A DNA stretch of 63,538 nucleotides, counting the filler, from Dicyema japonicum (Eukaryota > Animalia > Dicyemida), in the NCBI GenBank assembly GCA_011109175.1. It is 5 parts of 5 records of this genome, joined end to end, with 100 filler letters (N's around TTAATTAATTAA, not from the genome) between each part and the next. Parts side by side here need not be neighbours in the genome. Positions count along the whole stretch, not along the records: positions 28,361 to 56,953 come from RDEW01000001.1; 4 more parts are not named here. One strand, written 5' to 3'. Shown here piece by piece: positions 37,531-48,797 of the stretch. Made by a program: the position numbers and the translations under genes. Under the pieces are notes generated by a model that saw only the letters and a list, made by a program, of their open reading frames with translations, ran no database searches and was not told the DNA's origin. Position 1 is the stretch's first letter. Each line of letters begins with the position of its first letter.

Positions 37531-38339
37531 AAAATATAGTTAACATAATCAATTTCTCTTTCTAAATATTCCTTCATTACTCAACAACGTGAGAATCTTG
37601 AACAATAATTCTAGCTTTTATCACTATGCCGCTCCGAATCCTATCGTTTCTACAAATCAGCTATAAAAATCGGCAAAATACGTAAATTTGAAAAAAAACC
37701 CACGTCTCTTTAAATTCTTATTAAAGCTTAACAATTGGATTCAGAAAAGCAGTTGTACAATGAAGGAACACAGCAAAAATTTTTCATTCATGTCGAGGTT
37801 TTTTAATTAATGGTTTAACTCCTTCTTTCTTGATGTTTCCTTTTTCAATGTTAGATAATAATAAGTGGTTAGTGCGTTCATTCACGATTGGCTGTGAGTT
37901 AGATTTTTACACTTCTACCTACATTAACAAAGATTATTTTCTTTTTTTTGCTTTCTCTATTTCTTAAGCATCGATATTGATCCACAAAATCGAGAAACGC
38001 TTTTCATCTTTACTCCGTGTTTGATTGGCTATTCATCTTCTATCCGTGATTGCAAAAACCAGAGAATCCAAAAGCTAATAAATAGCGACAACAAAAAATG
38101 GACGATGCTCCTCAAACCACTAAAAAATCTAAGTCGAACTGAGTTGACTCCTGCATTGTCTTCATCAAAGTTTTGATTTGTTAGCGATTAAGAAAAATAA
38201 TCTGATTTCTAATTTTATTCAAAACAAAATCACCGGATTTAGATCTGAGTTAAATTTATCATTTCTGAACTTTATGTTTAGTGAACTAATTTCCGTTAAT
38301 GATCTTAATTCAATTGACTAATTTAGTTTTTTTTATCAT

Positions 38340-38560
38340 TAAAAATTTATTTTAAAGAAACATTCATCCCGAGGTCCTACAATAGCCACCCTACCATTTG
38401 GCTTTTCTCTGTCTGGATGGCTAGTGAGATTCGCTTAAATAGCAAGAGCTCTCACTTAGATTTGGGCATTTTAAGATCCGATTCCCTAGAGAAGACCCAA
38501 CATTTTGGTTGCCTGGGATATGTGGCGTTAGACAATTTCGAAGGCCCTTATGAGACTAGA
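38340..38560 (-). mobile_element. CRE-like 3' remnant
   Basis: KRISLAIQ; nucleotide similarity to 16070-16140 and 27920-27960. Confidence 0.5.
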
Positions 38561-38599
38561 CACCATATCGAAAATGTGGTGCTGAACAATCAGTTAACT

Positions 38600-38730
38600 A
38601 TTTTGTCCATTCAAACACGGTAACAAAAGAAGTAAAGTCATAGATGAAGTCCTTTTTAGAATGCATCGGAATCACGTGATAATAAATTTGGTTTTTAACG
38701 TGGTCTTGGGCTGTTATAAACAATTAAAAT
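38600..38730 (+). mobile_element. 3' end of unclassified LINE-like family (copy 3)
   Basis: MKSFLECIGIT* followed by the stem TCGGAATCACG/CGTGGTCTTGG. Confidence 0.6.
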
Positions 38731-39309
38731 ATGAGCAATCGATTTCTCCAAAAAACTTTCTACATTTATGGCAGACAGATATCCCCCCCTTACACGAATT
38801 GCAATTAATAAAAACTCTATTAGTTGCAGTATCAGATGACCACATTGGAGATTTTGGTATTTGGATGTAGATAGCGAAAAGTATTATTTTTGAATAACTA
38901 AGTAAACTCCTTGTCCAAGTCTCACATACGATGGAAGTTTGTTCCCAGATCTCTTTATTTTATTCGCAAGGATGGTTTAACTTGTCGCAGGCACCTTAAA
39001 TGAGAATTCGATGCTTTGGAATTGTCTTTGTGAATTTTTGATTGAAAACTCTAATGATTTATATTATTCAGAATTAACAAAAATTGTGGAGAATTGCAAC
39101 ATTTGTATGAATTCTAAGTTGGTAATATCCCTCTCTGTTGATGATTGGATCAAGATCACCAATTTGACAAAGTCGAGTCTTGATAAGACATTTCACTGAT
39201 AGGATGTATTACAAGTATTATTCAGACTGGAGGGCGCTTTCGATAAGTGTGGGTGATGATATATAGTGTTTGATAACATATGAACTGTTGAAATAAGAGC
39301 TATGGATAC

Positions 39310-39620
39310 GTTTGATTTATTATTTATTTAACACCCAAGACCACGGTAAAACCAAAACTAATTATTACGTGATCCCGAGGCGTTCCGCCAAAATCTCCAT
39401 TCTTTCCCAGTGCTCTTCCATCGTACTCACACAAGCTCGTACTGGGCGGCTGACTGTATTTGCAGGGCCACCTTCCCGCATGCCGGATTTTTGTTTAATA
39501 GGAGATTTCATGTTAATTAGTATTATTAACTCCGACCTCCCTCCCTTGTAGCAGGCCAGTCATACTCAGGAGTTCAGAAGCTAGTGCTGAACGCTTCTAT
39601 AGGTCTTTGATGTTCACCTG
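39310..39620 (-). mobile_element. 3' end of unclassified LINE-like family (copy 4)
   Basis: SRPVRACVSTMEEHWERMEILAERLGIT* followed by the stem CTCGGGATCACG/CGTGGTCTTGGG and a TAAA tail. Confidence 0.62.
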
Positions 39621-41039
39621 AGGCCCCTTTAGGGGAAAGCTTCTTGGTGAATTAATTATAATACCACTTTGCCATAACAACAAGGAATATGGTGGATAAA
39701 ATCCGTATAGATTATATTATGATAGAAACATGAAGACTACCTGCAGTTTTACTTAGTCTTTGAGATATTCATCAAAGAGGAAAATGCGCTTCCTTCTGAC
39801 GAGATTAAAACTATAAATGTCATCACTATAATCTCTTGTAGGAGGAGATCGCAAAATTCATCAGATTTGAATTTTCCAAACTACAAGCAGGCAAAAGAAA
39901 CGAGCCTCAAAAGTAAAGAAATCGAATGACTTGGGGATCTCGGTAAATCTATACTTTTTGGTTCTAAAGTGAATCCACGTGTAAAATTTAGTCAGATTGT
40001 AGCAGAATTCTAAACCATGAGAAGAAGAGATTCTGAAGTTTTGTTTAAAAACTCGTTTTAATGAATTTGGCTCAGTTCGACATGTGCACACTGAAATCAA
40101 TTGATTGAGATGATTACTATTTTGACCGTAAACATGTGATGGAATTCGAATCATCCATGAATGGAGTAGATGACGAATGAGAGTAAACTTCCTTTATCAC
40201 GTGGATGAAAAAGTTGTAGCTGTCATGACTACCAATATTTTGAATACTATCCAGCGGTTTTTTTGTTTTGGATTTGAAAGCTATCAGAAATTTTTTGAAG
40301 ACCAGATTTGAATAGAAGGACACTACTAAAGCAACAGCTCACTCAAGGAGTGTTGGGGATAAATCGAAATAATTGCTTGAAGATTGACTCCAAGACAACC
40401 CAAAATGATGTGGACGCGTAGATTGAGGACATGGATCAGACATTGTTGGTGATGTTGTTGAATCATTAGATCACTGGGTTAATGGAAGAAAGTTTCCAAC
40501 TGATCCGACCGAAAATAATCATCGAGTTCAACTGGAAGGTCGTCCATTGTAGCCTGCCTCGTTGCATACGGTTTACGCTCGTAATTGTATGATAATGTTG
40601 TGGTCAATGCTGGAGTGTGTGATAACCCAAAATGATGGTTTCGCAGATTAATGAATTATTGGATAGGTTATTAGAGAATTATTAAATTTTGTAATATTTT
40701 GTGTCACCGTCACATCAATGCAGTCGGCATATAAGTGGACAGCATCAAAATGTTATTTATATTAATGACGTCCATATAAAATGTATCTTATTTTTTTCTA
40801 AGTCCATTTAAACCTATTTTTAATGGTTTAATGACTTCTGGAAAACTAAGATAGACAACAAAACAACCTAACGTCATAAGTAAATCCAGTTAACACTACA
40901 GAAAGAATCCATCCGGAATCAGCATTGTTTATTAATTTAGAAGTTTTCCATTTTAAAATATTCATTTTTAATTCTAAAAGCTATTCTTTGCCAAACCTAG
41001 ACTTTTTTGAACGACGATTCTTTTTAAAGATGGAATCGG

Positions 41040-41245
41040 ACAAAGGCTAGGACTAGACGTTTGCCAAGATCACCGATGCCGAGGGAAAATAGTCGATGCG
41101 AAAGGATTGCACCCGCTGTCATGCAGAAGAAACGCCGGAAGAGGACCACGTCACGCTGCTCTGAACGATGTGATCGTCAGAGCTCTAAAGCTACAGGCTT
41201 CCATCTCAGCTTGAACCAATGGTCTCGATGCAAGTAATGGAAAAT
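41040..41245 (+). mobile_element. CRE-like Zn-finger region fragment
   Basis: [37 protein letters not shown]. Confidence 0.8.
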
Positions 41246-42757
41246 TAAAAGGATACGACTGTAGTTTTTTTTCAATTTTTAAAAAGCCAAGAATCTATTT
41301 GTGTGAATTTATCTGGATATTTTATAAGGAAAAGTAGTGAAAAAGTTAACAGAGTTTTGAATGTAATAATTCTACACGAATCTGAAAAAAGGAATTTAAG
41401 AAATTTAATCATAAGAAAACTTTACATTTCAGTAAAAATATAAGCGATTTTTTTTATAAAAGAATATAGAATGATCGTCAATCAATTATAAATAAACTTG
41501 TCTTGTCTTTGCAACATTTTGATAAAAAAAAATATTTATCTATGTTATTCGAAGGATAAATTATGTTGATTTTAAAATTAAAAATAAATAATTAAAACAA
41601 TTCATTAAATTATTATATAATTTAAATTTAGTTTATTTGTCGATATCCGTATTATGATGTATATTTCAGTGAAACTCTATACAAAATGGTCAGAAACCGT
41701 AACGAATTCAAATTGTACATTTAGCATCATATATCTCATACATAGCATTATTTTTGAAATTTTTTTTACCTGAAGCACACCATCTAATTTCTGACTACCA
41801 TTTGGGAAGCCAAAGAATGTGTCAACGCGTGAAGAACCAGGCATTACTTAACTATTGCATTAATAAGCAAAATTGAAATAATTTGGCTTCTATGTGGATT
41901 GATTAGAAGAAGGTTTTTGATCGGTCATGAAATTCTGAATCAAGTTTTCGAAACCTCTGGACTTCCTACCTTATTTTTGACCTTTGTAAAGAACTTGGTC
42001 ACAAAATAGAAAATGGACTTGAATTTCAACTGGATTCTACAGTATTGCTTTCTATGACTCATTCTTTTTGTCCCTTCTGCTCTTAGTGTTTATTCCTACC
42101 TTTTTAATTAGTTCCCAGAATAGGATCAATTCCAATTCCATAATAACTTCACATCTGACTTCTTGTTCTCAGATCTAAATATTCCCTGAAGTGACAGGAA
42201 ACAAGCTTGAATCCTCCGAAAGGTACAATCTCCTGGAAAGAATAGGACCAAAACTCATCAAAGGGGTTAACAATTAAATCAATTGCTTCCTATTAAATTT
42301 CAACCTTGACAACCATCGCAATACATAATCCATGATGCGAATAGTCAACATTGATGAGGTCTTAACCAGCAGTCTTGTTATTTCAGAGAGTATAATTGTT
42401 AATAAAATTCTAACTGGGGAGAGATTGAAGATATACGACTGGAGCTTGTAAAGACCTCAGTTCTCAAAGTATTGCCAAGCCAAAATTATTCAAAATTTTT
42501 ATTGTATATTGAAGTTTTTCTATATTAGTTTCTATTAATACTGAATTTTATTTTTTTCCATCTGATCCGATGAGAGTTTATCTTTCAGCAGATTTATATA
42601 CGATTAATTATCACTAGCGTCTGAGAAATTCATTTCACGGCATTCTTCGATTAATGTTAATTAAACCCACTTCATTGTGAATATTTCTTTGTGATAATTC
42701 AATATTCGAGAGGATCAAAAAATGCATTTACTTCTTTGTTTTCATTTCTTGGGTGTA

Positions 42758-42926
42758 TTTTTTTATAGACGATCCGGTTCCGCAGTGAAGTTCACTTATG
42801 ACGGAGCCACTCGTCAAGTCAAAGCTTATTGATGCGTGGAACTTCAACCGAAATGTGCAGTATCGTGATTCGAACTAGCGACTTTCAAGCCTCTTGACAG
42901 CAACCGTCACACAACGCCACCCGACC
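42758..42926 (-). mobile_element. tRNA-derived SINE
   Basis: Head GGTCGGGTGGCGTTGTGTG (A-box-like), AGTTCGAATC (B-box-like), structured 3' half and A tail. Confidence 0.65.
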
Positions 42927-44155
42927 TGGAAAAACAAGGCATCATACTCTTATGAGTAGCTGCTGACCATTACATCTAAATTCAAAGATAACTCTAATGA
43001 GATATCTCAAAAAAATACTTTCCGAGCTAGTGAAGCTGACAAAGTCTTGAGAGATGAAGATCACTTNATTTCAGTGAAACTCTATACAAAATGGTCAGAA
43101 ACCGTAACGAATTCAAATTGTACATTTAGCATCATATATCTCATACATAGCATTATTTTTGAAATTTATCTTGACCTTATAAGTACAAGCTCTCAATCTG
43201 GTGTCGTGCAAATTGCAATTTCAATCTTCTCTCAGTGATACAGTCAAGTATGTTGACATACGCATGTGGGCCATTGATGTGGTTATGGCTGCTCAAAGAA
43301 GATTCAACAAAATTCCTCATGGAGAATGTTCGATGATTGCATGTGCCTTTAAGAAAAATATCCTTAAGTCCCATTAGTTGTGGATTTGAAGACACTCAAA
43401 AGTCTAATGATTGACTAATATCCTCAATAGAGAAGAGCAATTGCAAATATGGAATAAAGACAAAACCGAAGCTGCATCTCCAACAGACTTCCACACTTGA
43501 AGCATTGAAGGAGAATATCAGATTTGATGTGGAAATGATGAGTCAATTAGATACCGTAAGACTTAAAAGGGTTAATGTTGACGAATTGTTACTGACCGAA
43601 ATTAATTAATTAACAGAGATGAAACGAACAGAATTCAGGGAACATAATTAGTATTCGAACTTAAATCCAGACTTTTTATTTAAAAAAATATCAATGAGGA
43701 GGATGAAAATGAGAATTTTGCTTTAACGAAGATGAACATCGCCAATTTATATAAATTGGTTGCAAAGTGTGTTAACAGAAAATCGACAGATCTATTGAAG
43801 CACACATCTGATTTTAATTAGTTCCCGAATAGGATCTATTTTGTAAAGACCTCAGTTCTGGAAGCATTGCCAAGCCAAAATTATTCAAAATTTATTGTAT
43901 ATTGAAGTTTTTCTATATTAGTTTCTATTAATACTGAATTTTATTTTTCCATATGATCCGATGAGAGTTTATCTTTCAGCAGCTTTACATACGATTAATC
44001 TATCACTAGCGTCTGAAGGAAATTCATTTCACGGCATTCTTCGATCAATGTTATTAAACCCACCTTCATTGTTAATATTTCTTTGCGATAATTCAATATT
44101 CGAGGGAGGATCAAAAAATGCATTTACTTCTTTGTTTTCATTTCTTGGGTGTATG

Positions 44156-44326
44156 TTTTTTTATAGACGATCCGGTTCCGCAGTGAAGTTCATTGATGAC
44201 GTTACCACTCGTCAAGTCAAACCATATTGATGCGTGGAACTTTCAACCGAAATGTGCAGTATCGTGATTCGAACTAGCGACCTTCAAGCATCTTGACAAG
44301 CAACCGTCACACAACGCCATCCGATC
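44156..44326 (-). mobile_element. tRNA-derived SINE, duplicate of the 42.8 kb locus
   Basis: A-box-like 44308-44319, B-box-like 44266-44275, A tail 44156-44162. Confidence 0.65.
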
Positions 44327-44494
44327 TGGAAAAACAAGGCATCATACTCTTATGAAGTAGCTGCTGACCATTACATCTAAATTCAAAGATAACTCTAATG
44401 AGATCTCAAAAAAATACTTTCCGAGCTAGTGAAGCTCTCTTGAGAGATGAAGATCACTTGTGTTTAAGTGTCTTAGTCTTATTGTCTTAGTGTA

Positions 44495-45320
44495 ACAGAT
44501 AATCCAGGCGTTTCTTAGTAGCTTACTCGTCTTTCCCAGTGTTTTCTTGATCTGACGCACTTTCTGTACGTTTGTGCTACATGTAGATCAGTAGAATATG
44601 TCATTCAAGATTCCTTCCAATGAGGAACCTCAGGTTTTAACAAGACCATCCTTGACACTTCTTGAATCAGACAACCTAGTCGCGTACAGGTAAAGATTCT
44701 TCAGTTACCTCCTGATAAATCCAATCCAAATACAATGCAGACCATATCCTCATCAAAGAAATCCGAAGACTCGTTTGGGACGTACTACTGGATAGCCCTC
44801 CTCTTATTGTGGATGACTGGAGACGAGCATCGACAGAAAAACGAGATTACATAGCACAAGTACAGTCTGGAAAATTCCTTCTAAAAGACGAATCGAGCTC
44901 ATCCTCCACCGGACCAGTTATTTTTGATTCTTCAAGAGGTTTTCTCCTGTCCGGAACCGCCGGTGAACATCAGACACATGATGAACGCAGCATTAGCTGC
45001 TGAACGCCTTAGGACAGTTGGGTTTTTTCAAGGTAGCGAGGTCGAGGTTAATTAGCGCCTGAATAATAATGTGGATGTCTCAATGATTGTGACTTCCATC
45101 ACATCAGAGTGATTTTAATGAAGACCTTAGCAGACTTTCTAGTGTTTTATGAAAGCCTTCAAAAAGTTTATTTTTCATTGGGAGAAGATGGTGTTGTTAA
45201 ATTGTTTAGAAACACTGCATCATCGCTGCTAAATGTAGGAATATCGTTCAGGAAGAGGTTCTACACGATAAGTGACAGAGGAGATCTTACTGGACGAAGT
45301 TTAGCAGACACTTACGGATT
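44495..45320 (-). mobile_element. Decayed LINE RT and 3' region related to the stem-loop family
   Basis: SPLSLIV*NLFLNDIP..SDDAVF resembles RT motifs 4-5. CACTGGGAAAGA and GCGTTCAGCA are shared with the 39.3-39.6 kb copy. Confidence 0.45.
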
Positions 45321-45420
45321 TTGTATAACATGCTAATACACCTCCGCTCAGTTCATTTAGAAAGTTACGATCCATATTTAAAATTGTTCTGAATGTCAGA
45401 AACAAAGGGGTTCCTTGTAA

Positions 45421-45650
45421 TTAACTTTCCTGTGACAGAGTCAATAGAATTTGTTAGGGACTTTTGATGCCTCTAAGCGGATCATCTAAGATAGATTGTA
45501 CAAATGTCCCCCAATTGTCCAACGTCAGGACACCCTTAACTTTCCTGTGACAGAGTCAATAGAATTTGTTAGGGACTTTTGATGCCTCTAAGCGGATCAT
45601 CTAAGATAGATTGTACAAATGTCCCCCAATTGTCCAACGTCAGGACACCC
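45421..45650. repeat. Tandem doublet, 115-bp unit
   Basis: Copies start at 45421 and 45536. Confidence 0.9.
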
Positions 45651-46308
45651 AATTTTAAAGAATGAGTTCAATTAACTTTCAATTTGTTGTTGAAACCACG
45701 TGCTGTTCGATGGCCAACTTTGATATCTGCCCTTCTGAAGACGTCTGTCCTTCTGAAGGTTTTTCCAAACGATTTCTAGTTAATTCTGATTTATTAAACA
45801 ATCTATTGGTTTTTGATGTGCTGTTGGATAAACTGTTGCTTTTATTTACAAAAAGCTTTTTTACAGTTTCAAAGAATTGACTTTAATAATAAAACTTGTA
45901 ATTTGTTCAATTATTTCCTGGATATTTTTTTCTTAGGGCTTTTAGCCGGTCATAATCTTAGAAATCAAAATTTTCATCGGAAAATTTATAAATTTTATAT
46001 ATTGCAGAAAGTGATATCAACTATTTCGGATATTTTTTTCACAGGAATATTGTTTCTTAATCTTAGAATTTGATTAAATAAATCAAATGTGAGTTTTTCT
46101 TATTTTTCGAATATTTACATTATAAACATTGTCTTCCATATGTTATTTATCGTTAATTTATGTATTTTGCATTTTTATTTATAATATTGGGATCGTTATT
46201 TATCTTTTTATTATTATAAAGCACAACGTCTTGCCATTGGAAATGACAAAACCAGTGCAGTACCAAACATTAAGCTTTTAGTTAATTGGGATCGTTATTT
46301 ATCTTTTT

Positions 46309-46968
46309 ATTATTATAAAGCACAACGTCTTGCCATTGGAAATGACAAAACCAGTGCAGTACCAAACATTAATCTTTTGGTTAATTTTTCTCCACTTTCC
46401 ACGATCCTGAGCCAAATCCCTCAAGTAATCCATATCACCAGCTATAAATAGGAGTGCGGAGTCGGCCAATTCTAAATATAAATCTGATAAATCTGAGTAG
46501 AAGTCATCAAATAGAGCCTGATCTTTGTTAATCCAACCACTGTGAGGTGCGTATACATTGATAATGGAGACAATGTCAGTGCTTGCTTTGGCATTCATAA
46601 ACTTCATTTGTAGAACTCCGATGAGGTCATTAACTGCCCATAATCTGTAGATATGGGGGAGAAATTCCATTTTGATGGCAAAACCCAGTCCATAGTGCCT
46701 GTTGACAGTCGGGAGAAAGATCACTTTGAATTTACCACATGTTTCTTCGTGGTTATCTTAAATTTTGGTTTCCTGTAGGCAACCGATTGCGACATCGTAA
46801 TTATGTAGGTCTTGAGAGACGGAGGTCCTTTTCCAAGAAGAGGTTAGGCCTCGGACGTTGAATGAGAAAGCGAGAATTTCTCCAAAAGATAAGGTTCGTA
46901 CTTTTCAGACATGTTAATACTTTATTAGAGCCTCGTCACCAGCTCAAACAAAACTTTTGGATTTTATC
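46309..46968 (-). mobile_element. Internally deleted RTE with both termini and an 11-bp TSD
   Basis: 5' hairpin 46928-46945; APE sequence up to IAGD fused at about 46433 to the terminal DYLRDLAQDRGKWRK; (TAA)n tail; TTTATCTTTTT at 46298-46308 and 46969-46979. Confidence 0.8.
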
Positions 46969-46979
46969 TTTATCTTTTT

Positions 46980-48256
46980 GGAAATTGTATTTAAAATAAT
47001 AGGATCATTATTTATCTTTCTTGGATGCACTGTAATAATATTAAAAACACATATTTTCGTCTTTCCTTGTACGTAAAAGATCGTCTGGAATTTCAAATGT
47101 TTCTTCTACAGATTCATCTTCAGAAAATGCATTAATCATTCAAGTTCATTTTTGATTCTTGTTCCTGAAGAAATCCCCATGAAGACATTAAGCTGCATAT
47201 GTCGGGATTTGCATGCATGGAATTGTTATAATCGTTTACTATCTTTAGGAATTTGAATATATCCTCCGAATATACCNTTTTGGGAATTGTATTTAAAATA
47301 ATAGGATCATTATTTATCTTTCTTGGATTCACTGTAATAATATTAAAAACACATATTTTCGTCTCTTTCCTTGTAGGTAAAAGATCGTCTGGAATTTCAA
47401 ATGTTTCTTCTACAGATTCATCTTCAGAAAATGCATTAATCATTCAAGTTCATTTTTGATTCTTGTTCCTGAAGAAATCCCCATGAACACATTAAGCGGC
47501 ATAGGTCGGGCTTTGCATGCATGGAATTGTTATAATCGTTTAATATCTTTAGGAATTTGAATATATCCTCCGAATATACCACTTGAATTTCTAAAGCCGA
47601 TATCCACTTTTTTATGGATTGGTTTTACCTAAAGATGATATATATAACCTCTCTATTTGCCATGGTATCCAAGATGCTTTTGGACGACCAAAACTTGTTT
47701 CGTGGCAAATTCTTTTTAAACTTCGTCAAGTGTAGAATTTTGGTATTCTTGTCCATTTTGGTTTGCACTAAGACTGGCGTTCGAATTACGCAGGATATCC
47801 CTTTTACTATGTTCGATATNTTGGTTTAATTTAAAGATGATATATATAACCTCTCTACTTGCCATGGTATCCAAGATGCTTTTGGACGACCAAAACTTGT
47901 TTCGTGCCAAATTCTTTTTAAACTTCGTCAAGTGTAGAATTTTGGTATTCTTTTCCATTTTGGTTATGCACTAGACTGGTGTTCGAATTACTCAGGATAT
48001 CCCTTTTACTATGTTCGATATTTCAAATGCAGATTTTGAGGTTCAACGACGCCAAATTTGCACAAAGAATATATCCGTACAAGATTCTTTTTAAACTTCG
48101 TCAAGTGTAGAATTTTGGTATTCTTTTCCATTTTGGTTATGCACTAGACTGGTGTTCGAATTACTCAGGATATCCCTTTTACTATGTTCGATATTTCAAA
48201 TGCAGATTTTGAGGTTCAACGACGCCAAATTTGCACAAAGAATATATCCGTACAAG
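46980..48256. repeat. Cluster of duplications around N47277 and N47820, plus a 173-bp doublet (47911/48084)
   Basis: 46980-47276 matches 47278-47580, and 47618-47819 matches 47821-48022. Confidence 0.85.
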
Positions 48257-48797
48257 AATCTTTTAATAAAATGAAATTAGACCCTATATTAATCCTCGTT
48301 AAGTTCCGAATATTTCATAAACTCAAAAGGATTTCTGTCACGTGGAGCATATGCTATTAATGGTGTAATTGTTGGTTTAGTGGACATCAATCGCAGAGAC
48401 TAAATTAATTATAAAGTTAAACCTGACAGAGAGCACACTCTCCTTTTTATCAACCGTCACAAGAGTGGTCTTATTAATCTGTAGTGACTATCTAGAAGGA
48501 TGACTCTGGATGAAGACTCGTAACATCGTTCCAGAACTTGACTGCAAATGATGACATTTCCCCGGAAAAGAATAGTTGGATCCCTTGATGCCACCCGGAC
48601 ATTGGATGTCGACTCAGTAAGGTGGATCTATTGACGCCATCACAATGAAGGAAAATAATTTATGACCAACCAGCAACTAACATCACATGGTGTCACGCGG
48701 CCAGAAACTAAATTATATGATATTTAAAAATATTATAAATTTTTATCATCTTTATATTTAAATAATAATTTAATTTAATAAGTTTTATAAAAGATAC

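Larger units (their letters stand above)
41660..44460. repeat. About 1.4-kb diverged tandem duplication joined at N43067, likely two haplotypes
   Basis: 41664-41762 matches 43068-43165, and 42440-43066 matches 43845-44458. Confidence 0.8.

Noticed and set aside
39861-40323. Two minus-strand ORFs as a host gene
   Set aside because: No recognisable motif or consistent splice model.
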